Sequence record: LC727699.1
Length of the DNA: 64,000 bases
Strand: one strand, 5' to 3'
The translations under genes and the position numbers were made by a program. Below are positions 9,895-23,266 of the stretch, piece after piece. The notes under the pieces are model-generated. The model searched no databases, was not told the origin of the DNA, and saw only the letters and a program-made list of their open reading frames with translations. The first letter of the stretch is position 1; each line of letters begins with the position of its first letter.

Positions 9895-10314
9895 TCAATT
9901 TGGAATACACTTCTCATGTAAACTTAATTTAAAGAGAGTTTTCAAATCCTTTAAAAAAGTTGCATCATCAGCATATTTCATCCAACACGGAGTCTTACGA
10001 ATAAGCCTCATGAAAAATTGATCAGTGGTTAGATCTGCTTTATCAATCTTATCGATTGCTATCACGCCTTTCCATACGTACGGCCCATAATGAATTGGGA
10101 GTCGTAAGGCAGCTTCATCGCGTACTAGTTTCATGTTAGAATTCAAATGAGAGATCTTTTCACACTCATTTGTCTTACACTGTACTATAACGGAGTACAG
10201 TGACGCCATGACGCACATCCGCTTTAGTTCGGGATCAGCATAGTCCCAGAGCTTAATCCAAATTGCCCTGAAACCATTCTTAACCGACTTTTTGAATCTG
10301 CTAATAAGGTTCAT
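9895..10314 (-). CDS. Hypothetical protein
   Basis: Likely start is the ATG at 10314 (MNLISRFKK), just after the RNase H stop; the longer ORF-track start overlaps RNase H. Confidence 0.65.
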   Translation of the reverse strand: MNLISRFKKSVKNGFRAIWIKLWDYADPELKRMCVMASLYSVIVQCKTNECEKISHLNSNMKLVRDEAALRLPIHYGPYVWKGVIAIDKIDKADLTTDQFFMRLIRKTPCWMKYADDATFLKDLKTLFKLSLHEKCIPN

Positions 10315-10324
10315 GGAATACCCA

Positions 10325-11773
10325 CTATTTTGGGAGAATAAATTGTGTATAGGGTGATTGATAGATAGCTGAACCATCATCCGTCACGAACACAATTGAA
10401 TATGAATAAGAATATGGGCCTTCAGCTACTACAAGAATTTCCATTTTAACTTTATTAGCTCCAATACGAGCTAATTGGTTTCTACTTGGAATATCGATAT
10501 TTAATACAAGCTTTAATTTTATCTTACGATCTTTAAATGTGATCGGAACTTCTACAAAGCCTGTATTAGATGTAATCGTCTTAAGTAGTTGATAGCCAAC
10601 TTTCTTACCCTTTGCGACTTCCTCGAAGAAGTGCTCGGTAATATCAATAATACCAACCGACTCTCCAAGTTTACCAGCCAAGTAATCTTCAAGACGACTG
10701 CGCATAACATTAAATGTAGCTACAGCATCATTTGCCATACGTGGTGGATTAAGAGTCCGACTAATGAGTTCATCTGTTGGCGTCGACAAAACATTGATAT
10801 CTTTCCATACGACTAGAGCAGGTAGCCCCATGGATTCAATTTTCTGTCGAATGGTTGCACGATATGCGTTTGCCAAATTGATGATACCCAGTTCTGGATT
10901 TTCAGTACCCAGTGCTTCTGTATGCATATTAATTAGTAACTGGAGATACTCATCTGGTTCATTTGCCTTATATACACTGAAGGTTGCTTCAGAGATACGA
11001 CGCCCTAAAATTAAATCAGCTTTAGCTAATTTATCTTTAGCAGTGTCTTTTGGTTTATGACCATAGTTATGCATACGACCTAAGTTATAGGTGTAATAGA
11101 ACCCATCTGGTTCTTCTCCAGAGTTAATGGCGAAGAGTAACCTACTTTCGAGGATAAGTGGATTAACAACTTGTTTTTTAAGTTTGTTAATTTCCTCGCC
11201 TTTAACCGAAACCATCACTGGCTTATCATTATTCTGTCCCGAACCAAGCTTAGCGTTAGCATCAGCTTTTTCATTACCAATGTCTCCGTTATGTCCACGG
11301 ACCCATTGGATGCTTAATGGTTTATTAGTTTCTTCCCATTTAGCTTTTAGTTCGACCATCTGTTTCCATAGGTCCTGGTTTGCTACCGGCGTGCCGTCTG
11401 ATTTAATCCAATTAGACTTAATCCATTTGGGTAAATATGCGGTCATACCTTTTCTAACGTATTCACTATCCATGAGCATCGTTAGTCTAGGTGCATCTGC
11501 TTCATGGGCTATTTTGAAAGCCTCAATTGCAGCGGTTAGCTCACCTGTATTATTAGTAGGGTTATTAGTTACACTACCAAATGCATCAATATAATTTAAA
11601 ACAGTGCATGTCTCATCTGCACCTACATCTAAGTATCCCTTAGCTGTTGGTTGCTGTTTGGTGGCTGCTTTAGATTTCATTGCAACATTTTCATAGGTAT
11701 AACCATGAATACCCCAACCAGCTTTACCCTGTCGGAATGATCCGTCAGTGTATAAAACCATACCGTCTGACAT
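10325..11773 (-). CDS. rnhA: Ribonuclease HI with long C-terminal extension (phiKZ gp155-like)
   Basis: LYTDGS, TNNTGEL, MDSEYV, NQDLW and WVRGHNGDIGNEKAD are all the RNase HI catalytic motifs. Confidence 0.93.
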   Translation of the reverse strand: MSDGMVLYTDGSFRQGKAGWGIHGYTYENVAMKSKAATKQQPTAKGYLDVGADETCTVLNYIDAFGSVTNNPTNNTGELTAAIEAFKIAHEADAPRLTMLMDSEYVRKGMTAYLPKWIKSNWIKSDGTPVANQDLWKQMVELKAKWEETNKPLSIQWVRGHNGDIGNEKADANAKLGSGQNNDKPVMVSVKGEEINKLKKQVVNPLILESRLLFAINSGEEPDGFYYTYNLGRMHNYGHKPKDTAKDKLAKADLILGRRISEATFSVYKANEPDEYLQLLINMHTEALGTENPELGIINLANAYRATIRQKIESMGLPALVVWKDINVLSTPTDELISRTLNPPRMANDAVATFNVMRSRLEDYLAGKLGESVGIIDITEHFFEEVAKGKKVGYQLLKTITSNTGFVEVPITFKDRKIKLKLVLNIDIPSRNQLARIGANKVKMEILVVAEGPYSYSYSIVFVTDDGSAIYQSPYTQFILPK

Positions 11774-11828
11774 TATTGTTTCCTCATGTGATCGATTACT
11801 AAACTAGATAATAATTCTAGCAAGTAAA

Positions 11829-12230
11829 TTACTCATCACACTTTGCACGCCATTCTTCATATGCTTGCTCAATTTTAGCGCGCTCAGATACAATATGTGA
11901 CTTTAATTCTTTTATATAGTCAGTCAACAAGATATCGATTTGTTCCGGAGTTTCTATAAACTCTGTAATAATCGGTGTTGGCGGTACCGGTTTCTTTCTT
12001 GGTAGTTCGAAAACCATACACTTCTTACTAGTATCCTTACTATATTTTTTAGGTGTAGGCAGAACTTTTTGTATTACCTCTTCTTTAGTTGTAACAACAG
12101 ATGTATGATCATCTGTAGAAGAGGAGTGCTCATATTGGACCACAGTCGTGTTGTGCGTGTGGTACTCATGTGGCGTATAAACACAGCCACTGATAAGTGG
12201 TAGGAGTATTAGAAAGAACTTTCTTGACAT
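11829..12230 (-). CDS. Lipoprotein, probable outer-membrane spanin
   Basis: MSRKFFLILLPLISG-C signal II lipobox (start 12230), Pro-rich linker KKPVPPTP, C-terminal helix. Confidence 0.6.
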   Translation of the reverse strand: MSRKFFLILLPLISGCVYTPHEYHTHNTTVVQYEHSSSTDDHTSVVTTKEEVIQKVLPTPKKYSKDTSKKCMVFELPRKKPVPPTPIITEFIETPEQIDILLTDYIKELKSHIVSERAKIEQAYEEWRAKCDE

Positions 12231-12250
12231 GTGATCCACCAATTTGGTAC

Positions 12251-12541
12251 TTACTTTAGCAAGTCATTTAAACGACGGCGGCGCTCAAGCATTTCAGCCT
12301 TCTCAGGCGTCATTTTCTTGAGTCGATCCATTTCGGCTTTAACGGCCCAGTTGCTTGCTTTAACTGACTTCAACTCACTAGTCACTATGAATAAGGTACC
12401 TAGTAATATTACAACTAGGATTAACATTGCCGTGACATGTTTGTTTTCCAGCAACACTTCCTTAATTGTTCTATCACCAAAGATAGCCCTCTTAAGGAAT
12501 GGCCAAACGAAGAGCAAGGCTTTAATAGTCAAACCGAGCAT
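12251..12541 (-). CDS. Membrane protein, possible inner-membrane spanin or holin
   Basis: GAGG RBS; TM helix AMLILVVILLGTLFIV followed by a charged coiled-coil-like tail; directly upstream of the lipoprotein gene. Confidence 0.5.
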   Translation of the reverse strand: MLGLTIKALLFVWPFLKRAIFGDRTIKEVLLENKHVTAMLILVVILLGTLFIVTSELKSVKASNWAVKAEMDRLKKMTPEKAEMLERRRRLNDLLK

Positions 12542-12716
12542 GATGACCTCTGTTAGTACTATGCCTACCCATAAAAGCCAGTATTGGCATTTCTATCAAT
12601 AGACTGTTACAAGGGTATTACGTAAAGCTCATAATACCAGACTTTTTATTTTAACACAACTAGAACAGACTGATTTTATAGATGGAAACCCATCGCGCTC
12701 TAATTATGAGGATTAA

Positions 12717-14057
<1,341 letters not shown>

Positions 14058-14067
14058 TGCATAAATG

Positions 14068-14089
14068 AGAGAGGGCAAAGGCCCTCTCT
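14068..14089 (+). terminator. Hairpin terminator (arm-swapped GCCCTC family)
   Basis: AGAGAGGGC-AAAG-GCCCTCTCT followed by TATATT. Confidence 0.6.
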
Positions 14090-14112
14090 TATATTAATCT
14101 AAAGGTGGCGCA

Positions 14113-15057
14113 ATGCGTAGATTCACTCTTAATCTGGCGGATAACCCGCGTGGACAAGATCCACGAATAGGTTTCTTCAAAGCAGTTACAACAGCATATC
14201 CGGATTTAGGTTTATCTGAAGATAAGTCCATTATCGTAATGGTAATGGATAGTGCAACTATCGATGAGCCTAATAGGGCATTTGTTCGTATTCAAAAAGA
14301 TGCAACTAATAGTGCTGTTTATTACGACTTTCTTTATAATCGTTTTAATGTTAATGATTATATTAAAAATCCATATTGGACAGCATCGGAAGTAACGGTT
14401 GTTCAAGGATTAAAAAATAGCGAAGCTTTAGTTGCGTATGTTGCTAATAAAGCTAAATTAAATTTTACTGCTAGTGACATATGGTTAGAAATATCTAATA
14501 TAACGTATACCGGTGGTAAGAAACAACCAAACTTTTTATTTAAAGCTATTGATTCATCACTATGGTGGAGAGGATGGTTAAATCTATGGTTACATTCAGG
14601 TGGTGATGTTGACCCTGATCCGCCGGACCCAGATCCAGATCCAGAACCAACAGATGGCTATCAGATATTCCCGCAATTGCTTGTACCATTTACAATTACA
14701 GTTGATAATGAAACAGGTAAATTTGGTAATTGGATTTGTCCGCCTTATGATCAAGCTATAGGTAGGCTATTGGTACTAATGCCTAAACCAGATGGTGCTC
14801 AAATAGCAGAGTCACCTAAAGGTGTTATACTACCTTCTGGCAATAGCGAGAAACTTAAGGCTGGTGCTGAATATCGAATACTGAATTTAACTAATGAAGA
14901 TGTTGATATAGCTACTGCTTATCAACAGAGTATCATTAGGCCAATGTATACAAGTACTGGTTTCTTACCTAATAATGGCTATACTCGATTTATCTGTTAT
15001 AATGAAACAACTAAAGCGATGTATACACTTGGTCTGTCATGGTGGATGCAATCATGA
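14113..15057 (+). CDS. Two-domain hypothetical, probably virion/fibre-associated
   Basis: Two domains joined by a DPDPPDPDPDPEP linker. Confidence 0.55.
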   Translation: MRRFTLNLADNPRGQDPRIGFFKAVTTAYPDLGLSEDKSIIVMVMDSATIDEPNRAFVRIQKDATNSAVYYDFLYNRFNVNDYIKNPYWTASEVTVVQGLKNSEALVAYVANKAKLNFTASDIWLEISNITYTGGKKQPNFLFKAIDSSLWWRGWLNLWLHSGGDVDPDPPDPDPDPEPTDGYQIFPQLLVPFTITVDNETGKFGNWICPPYDQAIGRLLVLMPKPDGAQIAESPKGVILPSGNSEKLKAGAEYRILNLTNEDVDIATAYQQSIIRPMYTSTGFLPNNGYTRFICYNETTKAMYTLGLSWWMQS

Positions 15058-15458
15058 GCGAATTCTGTTATATCTACCCACCTATGAAAGTAATTGACAC
15101 GTCTAAAGCAACTGGACGTAAGTTTGATATTGACTCAACTTATCTTAATGCGCACATTATCGTTGAAGATCCTAATTATACTGATAATGATAATTCAGAT
15201 AGTCCATTTATAGTAAATTTACCAGCTACTGCCTATGATACTAAAAAAGGTAAATATGTATTTACTATTGCTAATAAGACAAATGGATTATTGGTGATTC
15301 GTGCTTATGGTAATCGTTTAGTTGGTAACCGTGTATTCAAAGTTGACTGTCAATTAAACAAAGGTGAGGCATGTGAATATAGAACGGTTTATGATTCATT
15401 AGAAAATGAATTATACTGGTCTATCGAAGGACGTGTAATGACGGATGCACAGGAGTAA
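15054..15458 (+). CDS. Hypothetical protein
   Basis: ATGA overlap with the previous stop (start 15054, MSEFC); beta-rich. Confidence 0.6.
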   Translation: MSEFCYIYPPMKVIDTSKATGRKFDIDSTYLNAHIIVEDPNYTDNDNSDSPFIVNLPATAYDTKKGKYVFTIANKTNGLLVIRAYGNRLVGNRVFKVDCQLNKGEACEYRTVYDSLENELYWSIEGRVMTDAQE

Positions 15459-15461
15459 ATC

Positions 15462-15935
15462 ATGGCAGATACATCAAAATGTGATAATTTCATTCCTGGT
15501 GCATTTTACACAACAATAAATAAATATCCATTAAAAATGAAACACCCTCTTTATGGAGATGATGTTATTTATAATCTGTTAGATGTTAAAGATTATTTTG
15601 ATACTAACATTATCTTTAAAGAAGAAGATGGATATGTATCATCACCAACAACACCTACATTTATTGGCACTGTTATTAAATATAATACATCATTGCCAAA
15701 TGGATTTACTTTCGTATTGAGTTTCTATGAAAAAGATCCTATTAATGGCAAAGAGACTAGGGACTCATTAAGTTTTTGGGCACAAGACAAAGATGGTAAA
15801 TTAGTTATACCTAGAGGTTTTCCATTTGAAGATGCTTCTGTGCGCGGTACGGTTGGACAACGATTTATATTAGTCAGACCTAATGGCCAAACAACTGGTG
15901 ATTATATTTGGGTTTGTCCTGGTCAAGCATTTTAA
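15462..15935 (+). CDS. Hypothetical protein
   Basis: GGAG RBS; 157-aa beta-rich ORF followed by a hairpin. Confidence 0.65.
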   Translation: MADTSKCDNFIPGAFYTTINKYPLKMKHPLYGDDVIYNLLDVKDYFDTNIIFKEEDGYVSSPTTPTFIGTVIKYNTSLPNGFTFVLSFYEKDPINGKETRDSLSFWAQDKDGKLVIPRGFPFEDASVRGTVGQRFILVRPNGQTTGDYIWVCPGQAF

Positions 15936-15940
15936 TTTAA

Positions 15941-15968
15941 AGCGGATCTGCTTTAAAGTGGATCCGCT
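15941..15968 (+). terminator. Hairpin terminator
   Basis: AGCGGATC...GATCCGCT stem, then TATTATTT. Confidence 0.55.
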
Positions 15969-16009
15969 ATTATTTCGTCTTAAAGTAACTATAGTGCTCA
16001 ATTGAATGA

Positions 16010-16669
<660 letters not shown>

Positions 16670-16704
16670 CAACCTTATGAACTTTAATACTCCGGAGTTT
16701 TAAA

Positions 16705-18273
16705 ATGGCTAAGAAAAAAACAGTTCCCGCAATGGATTTCTTTGCAAGTCTTGAGCGCGTTTCTGATGCTGAAGATAAGAATGTCAATCTTGATGTTGGT
16801 AAAGAATTACCAGAACAATTAAAAGATGATGAAGATGGTAAAGTAAATCCATGTGATGAAGTTACCAATGTCGTTACCAATACCCCAATTGACGTATGCA
16901 AAGGTCCAGATGTTGATGGAACTGCTGATAAGATCAATGATAAGAAGATTCATGTTAGTCAAGGGCTAAAAGAATTCCAAGTAGCTAAAGGTGATCGTGT
17001 TGAAAACGAAATCACTGAAACAGCTGATGAAATGATCACTAAAGTAAGTGATACTAAAGATCTTAATGTTAGTACCAAAAAACCACACCAAATTGCAGAT
17101 GTCCCATCGAATGAAGACATTTCTATTATGGAAGCCAATGAGACTGAGCAGCTAGACCATGGCTATGATGCCACCGCACTACTGGAAACTACTGAAGATA
17201 TCATCACTGGTGAACTAGATGATCATCTAGAATCATTATCAGTTGAAATGTTTACAATTGTAAATGAACTGACTAAAGTAGAATCTGTTCAAACTGCATT
17301 AGAAAACTATATTGGTTTAGTTAGTAACCGCCATCATCGCGGGCATGATGTCGATCATGATCTAGCTAAAGCTATTAGCATCGCGCTAGAGTCATTTGAC
17401 TATAAATATTTTAATAACACTGTGCCATCAATGGAATCCTTTATATCACCGCTAACTCGGCCTAAAGCTTCTATTGAAGTATTAGATAATCTACAAGCTA
17501 AAGCAAAAGAAGTATCTACTGTTGCATTAGATTTCATTAAGAAGCTAATTCGCATTGTTGTAGAAACTTATCAACGTATTCGCCAGAATGTCAGTAATCA
17601 AATAGAACGCGTTAATAAGATCATGAAACGCGTTAAAGAGAATGAACTACCCGATGAAGTTCGTACTATCGCAATTCCACGCGATCTGATTCTAGGTGAC
17701 ACTGGTGAGAGTTGGGTTGGTGTAGACCCTGTTCAGGGGGTTACTGTAATCCGTAATCTATTTGACAGCATTGAAAAGAATGGACTGCGTGCTCTTAAAG
17801 CAGCCTTAGCTGGAAAAACAACTGATGATAAAGCACTGGCTTTAGCTAAAGGTATGTTTGGAACAGCTACCAAAATTAATGCTAATGGTGTCCGATATGC
17901 TAGCCCGGTTGTGCCCGGTAATCGTGTTTATACCTTTGGTAAAGACAAAGCTGCGGTAGACTTCTCCATTCTTGATGCACCGGGTAAACCCAACTATGGA
18001 ATTACTGTTGAACTATTAGTTGATAAGAATGTTGTTATGGCTCAGCTAAAAGCAGTTCATAACCTCCTAAATCATCTAAATAATATTCGCGGTATCTCTA
18101 AAGAGTCAACTGCTGAAATCATTGCACAGATGACTGATAAAGAAGCAACCAATGTTGGTAAGGCTTATCTAACTGGCACCACTGAAGCTAGTAATGATCT
18201 GTTTAAATGTGTGATGATCTGGATCACCGTACTTGAGAAACTAGTTGATAGTGAAATCAAGGAAACTGAATAG
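16705..18273 (+). CDS. Internal head protein (phiKZ gp162-like)
   Basis: Very acidic N-terminal propeptide with many S/A-x-E sites (ASLE, SVE, ALE, SME), then a helical body. Confidence 0.7.
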   Translation: MAKKKTVPAMDFFASLERVSDAEDKNVNLDVGKELPEQLKDDEDGKVNPCDEVTNVVTNTPIDVCKGPDVDGTADKINDKKIHVSQGLKEFQVAKGDRVENEITETADEMITKVSDTKDLNVSTKKPHQIADVPSNEDISIMEANETEQLDHGYDATALLETTEDIITGELDDHLESLSVEMFTIVNELTKVESVQTALENYIGLVSNRHHRGHDVDHDLAKAISIALESFDYKYFNNTVPSMESFISPLTRPKASIEVLDNLQAKAKEVSTVALDFIKKLIRIVVETYQRIRQNVSNQIERVNKIMKRVKENELPDEVRTIAIPRDLILGDTGESWVGVDPVQGVTVIRNLFDSIEKNGLRALKAALAGKTTDDKALALAKGMFGTATKINANGVRYASPVVPGNRVYTFGKDKAAVDFSILDAPGKPNYGITVELLVDKNVVMAQLKAVHNLLNHLNNIRGISKESTAEIIAQMTDKEATNVGKAYLTGTTEASNDLFKCVMIWITVLEKLVDSEIKETE

Positions 18274-18282
18274 GTAAACATA

Positions 18283-19470
18283 ATGTCCACATATGCAGAA
18301 CTATTAATTACCAATAATGAACTCAAAGAGGCTATTGTTTCTGTTGAAGCATATCGCCATCGATTAGCTCGTTATCAAGATCTGCTAGATGGACGTGACG
18401 TAGCATCTGAAGACCTGTCTAAAGCGATGTCATTTGCTTTAGAAAGTATCGATCCCGCCTTCTCCATAAAAGAAGGCGGTATAATTACACTACGTGCTTT
18501 AAAAGATGCATTAGTTCGAGCTGCTAAGGCTGCACGAGATATTGTGCGGATGGTAATCGAAACACTCACGGCATTCTACGTCAAGTTTACTGGCAGTATT
18601 TCACATGTGCGTAAAACACAGCAAAAATTATCTAGGCGACTTGCAAAACTAGGTAATCGTACGACTAATACTCGATTGACTGTTTCTGGTTTACAGCGAT
18701 TATCTATTAACGGTGAATTCATTGGTGATCGACCAGATAATCTTTTAGATATCAAAGAAGTCACTAATTATATTTTAATGACTTATCCTAAAATGACTTC
18801 TAATATTGCTCGAAATATTAGTAGACAAGCATTGAATATCTTAGATAATCAAGGCGAAGATACCACTACAGAAATCATTGATGAGTTATTACAATCTTTT
18901 GCCGATATAGTGCGTCGTGATTTTAAAGCGCCGCCAGGGGATGAGCCATTAAAGAAAGGTGAGACTACTTCTACTGGTACCCATAGAAGTTATATTTTAC
19001 CAGCTAATCGTGCATTTGTTTATACTGATGCTGACCATATAGCTACATCAGTTACTAATAAACAATCTGCACTAGAAATGGTTCGCAATACATTTACAAT
19101 GGAATTTACAGAGTTACAAATCAATGCAATTGATAGCACTGAACGAGATATAGAAGTACCTTCTGTAACTACGCTAAGTGATATTGTAACTGGTATTGCT
19201 AATATTTTAACGATCGCTGAACGTGCTAAACAAGGCGAAGTAGAATATAAAACAGTTAAGGTAGTTGTAGATGATTCAATTCGACAGCTAGCTGAACGTA
19301 GTGAGTTATTGGGAAGGGCAAATGGCGAGGCAATTAATATGCTCGCTGAGATATCCCGAAAATTAGCAGAACCTGTTGGTAACTACACCCATTGGTTAGC
19401 AGTAACTCTTAAAGTCTGGTTAACATTTGTTAGTCACTGCATTACTCATTATGAGAATGAAGGTATTTAA
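18283..19470 (+). CDS. Internal head protein (phiKZ gp163-like), paralogue-like to upstream gene
   Basis: SVE, ASE and ALE sites; same architecture as upstream gene (ALE followed by an amphipathic helix, e.g. RAAKAARDIVRMVIE). Confidence 0.65.
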   Translation: MSTYAELLITNNELKEAIVSVEAYRHRLARYQDLLDGRDVASEDLSKAMSFALESIDPAFSIKEGGIITLRALKDALVRAAKAARDIVRMVIETLTAFYVKFTGSISHVRKTQQKLSRRLAKLGNRTTNTRLTVSGLQRLSINGEFIGDRPDNLLDIKEVTNYILMTYPKMTSNIARNISRQALNILDNQGEDTTTEIIDELLQSFADIVRRDFKAPPGDEPLKKGETTSTGTHRSYILPANRAFVYTDADHIATSVTNKQSALEMVRNTFTMEFTELQINAIDSTERDIEVPSVTTLSDIVTGIANILTIAERAKQGEVEYKTVKVVVDDSIRQLAERSELLGRANGEAINMLAEISRKLAEPVGNYTHWLAVTLKVWLTFVSHCITHYENEGI

Positions 19471-19473
19471 CAG

Positions 19474-19505
19474 CATAAGCCCTCCCATAGTGGGAGGGCA
19501 TTATG
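19474..19505. terminator. Bidirectional hairpin, GCCCTCCC family
   Basis: CATAA-GCCCTCCC-ATAGT-GGGAGGGC-ATTATG between convergent genes. Confidence 0.8.
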
Positions 19506-19509
19506 TTCT

Positions 19510-20682
<1,173 letters not shown>

Positions 20683-20731
20683 TTACTAGGGTTATTAACT
20701 CTATAGAGTAAGACATTATTAAGGGTTAATC

Positions 20732-23224
20732 ATGCAGATCAAGCTACTTAAGCTAATTGGCTATACTAGGTTGATGGCCAATAATACACATTATTTTGAA
20801 TGGACTCCAAGCAAACAGATGATGGTTATACTTGGTAGTAATGGTTCTGGCAAATCATCTATTATTAGTGAACTGACACCTGTTGTATCTAGCAGTTCAA
20901 ACTTCAAGCAAGGTGGCGAGAAACATTTCCATTGTCATGCAAATGGTAAAGACTATAAATTAATTTCTAAATATAACCGTGGCACTGGACATCATTCCTT
21001 TTTATGTAATGATGAAGAATTAAATAGTGGTCATACCTTTAAAGAACAAGAAGAACTTGTAATGGCGCATTTCGGGTTAAACCGAGAACTGCATGAAATG
21101 TTGACAGGTAAGATGCGTTTTACAAAGTTAAAACCTAATGAACGTAAAGCATGGTTAACTAGAATGTCTGTAGTTAACCTTGATTATGCATTTAATGTTT
21201 ATAACAAAGTACGTAAAGAATTATCTAACCAGCAAGGTACTGTTAAAACAATTAATAAGCGATTGGTCACAGAACACCATGGGGTATTGAATGATTCAGA
21301 AATGACACAGTTGAAAGAAGTGAAACAACGGTTAGTTAGTCGTATTGATTTACTTTATAAAACACGTGATAAGAAAGGTGTCCTTCATTTTAGAGATGAA
21401 ACCACTGCACGTAAAGAATTAGATTCTATCTTAGATGAAGCTCGTTCATTGTTAATGTCATTTCCAATGTTACCTATTCAAGTTAAAGTAGATGGGTATG
21501 AATCTTTCTTAGAACTAAATAATAAGAAGATTGAAGAATATAAATCTATACAAGCAGTTATTGCACGTTTAGTTGAAGAATTAGAAGAATTAAAAAGCTC
21601 TAATCCGAATACAGCTGAACGTATGTCTCCAGAAGAAATACAAGAACTTAAGGACAGACATGAACATCATACACGCATTGCTGAAGAAGCTATTAGTAAA
21701 TATAAGAAGTATACCGGTAGATTTCCTTTGGTTGACATTTCTGTTAACGGTGATCCATCTGGTAAACTTACTGATCTCTCAGATCGTTGGATCAAACTTC
21801 TCACTACATTTCCTAATAATGAGAATGGTTACTTAAGTAAAGAAACTGCTATTAAAAATGCAGAAAGGCTAAAAGAATTAAAAAGTAAATACTCAACCAT
21901 GGAAGGCATGTATTTACAAATTAATCAACGCCTAAATTCATTTAAGGAATGCGCATCTATTACTTGCCCATCATGCACTCATTCATTTAAACCTGGTGTT
22001 AGTGAACAAGATATCACAATAGCAGAAGAGCGCAAAGCTAAGTTAGATGAAGCGATGGATAGCTGTTCAAATGAGATCAAGGTTCTTGAACAGTACATGA
22101 CTGACTTCAATGAATATGTAAGTTATGTACATGGCTACGTTCAATTAACGAAAGAGTATAACGAATTTGATACATTATGGAACTATGTAGCTGAACATGT
22201 CGTAATGTATCGCACACCAGCAAAATATATAAATGATGCATTAGACTGGCGAGATGCAATGCAGCAACTCATTGTCTCTAAGCAAGCTCATGCGGAAGCT
22301 ACTTTATTAGCTCAACGACTACGTGTTATTGCTGAGATGGATCAAGATGCATTAGGGTTCATTAAGGCACGTACAACTGCACTAGAAACTGAAATTAATA
22401 ATAAAACACATGTAGCAGCTGACTTACAAAGAAAAGCATCTCATTTCAATAAAGCTGGTAATGCTATTCGTGAATGGGAAGATAAGTATCATTCTTTTAT
22501 TGAACGATGGGAGCAGTTTATTAAAAAGATAGTGGATACAGCTGATAACTTTGTAGATAAGGCATACCAAGCAGAGATTGATGCTGTTAACTTAGAACTA
22601 TCTAGTGTGCATAGTCGTTTAAGTGAAATGGAACGTCATGAAGAACGTATTAAAGTTTTAGAATCAGAAGTTAACCATGCACAACAAATGGCTACTGATT
22701 TAGCTATTCTTGAAAAAGCATTATCACCAAAAAGTGGTATTCTTGGTCGCTATTTATTAGGTTTCTTACAAGGAGTAGTTAAACTAGTAAATGCATACAT
22801 CAATGAGATTTGGACTTATAGGTTAGAAGTATTACCTTCTAATGTTGACAAAGATGGCATGGATTATAAGTTCCCAATGCATATTGCAGGTGGTGACGTT
22901 CAGCCACCGGACATTGAATACGGGTCTGACTCACAATTAGAGATTGTTGATTTTGCTTTTAGAATGGCTATCTTGAAATTTTTACATCTAGATGACATGC
23001 CCCTTTTCTTAGATGAATTTAGCAGGACTTTTGATGAACAACATCGAGCCAATGCTATTCCATTCATTAACAGGTTAATTGAAAATGGCATTGTTAATCA
23101 AGTGTTCTTCATCAGCCACTTTGAATCAACACACGGTGCATTTAACCAAGCTGAATTTATTGTACTTGATCCAGCTAATATTAGTACTCCAGAAGTATTT
23201 AATAAAAATCTAGTATTAAAATAA
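20732..23224 (+). CDS. sbcC: SbcC/Rad50-like SMC ATPase (phiKZ gp165-like)
   Basis: Walker A GSNGSGKS, long coiled coil with CPSC zinc hook, Walker B LFLDEF, H-loop FISH. Confidence 0.9.
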   Translation: MQIKLLKLIGYTRLMANNTHYFEWTPSKQMMVILGSNGSGKSSIISELTPVVSSSSNFKQGGEKHFHCHANGKDYKLISKYNRGTGHHSFLCNDEELNSGHTFKEQEELVMAHFGLNRELHEMLTGKMRFTKLKPNERKAWLTRMSVVNLDYAFNVYNKVRKELSNQQGTVKTINKRLVTEHHGVLNDSEMTQLKEVKQRLVSRIDLLYKTRDKKGVLHFRDETTARKELDSILDEARSLLMSFPMLPIQVKVDGYESFLELNNKKIEEYKSIQAVIARLVEELEELKSSNPNTAERMSPEEIQELKDRHEHHTRIAEEAISKYKKYTGRFPLVDISVNGDPSGKLTDLSDRWIKLLTTFPNNENGYLSKETAIKNAERLKELKSKYSTMEGMYLQINQRLNSFKECASITCPSCTHSFKPGVSEQDITIAEERKAKLDEAMDSCSNEIKVLEQYMTDFNEYVSYVHGYVQLTKEYNEFDTLWNYVAEHVVMYRTPAKYINDALDWRDAMQQLIVSKQAHAEATLLAQRLRVIAEMDQDALGFIKARTTALETEINNKTHVAADLQRKASHFNKAGNAIREWEDKYHSFIERWEQFIKKIVDTADNFVDKAYQAEIDAVNLELSSVHSRLSEMERHEERIKVLESEVNHAQQMATDLAILEKALSPKSGILGRYLLGFLQGVVKLVNAYINEIWTYRLEVLPSNVDKDGMDYKFPMHIAGGDVQPPDIEYGSDSQLEIVDFAFRMAILKFLHLDDMPLFLDEFSRTFDEQHRANAIPFINRLIENGIVNQVFFISHFESTHGAFNQAEFIVLDPANISTPEVFNKNLVLK

Positions 23225-23234
23225 TTATAAGCAA

Positions 23235-23266
23235 CATAAGCCCTCCCGCAATGGGAGGGCATTATA
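23235..23266. terminator. Bidirectional hairpin, GCCCTCCC family
   Basis: CATAA-GCCCTCCC-GCAAT-GGGAGGGC-ATTATA between sbcC and a convergent 58-aa ORF. Confidence 0.8.
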
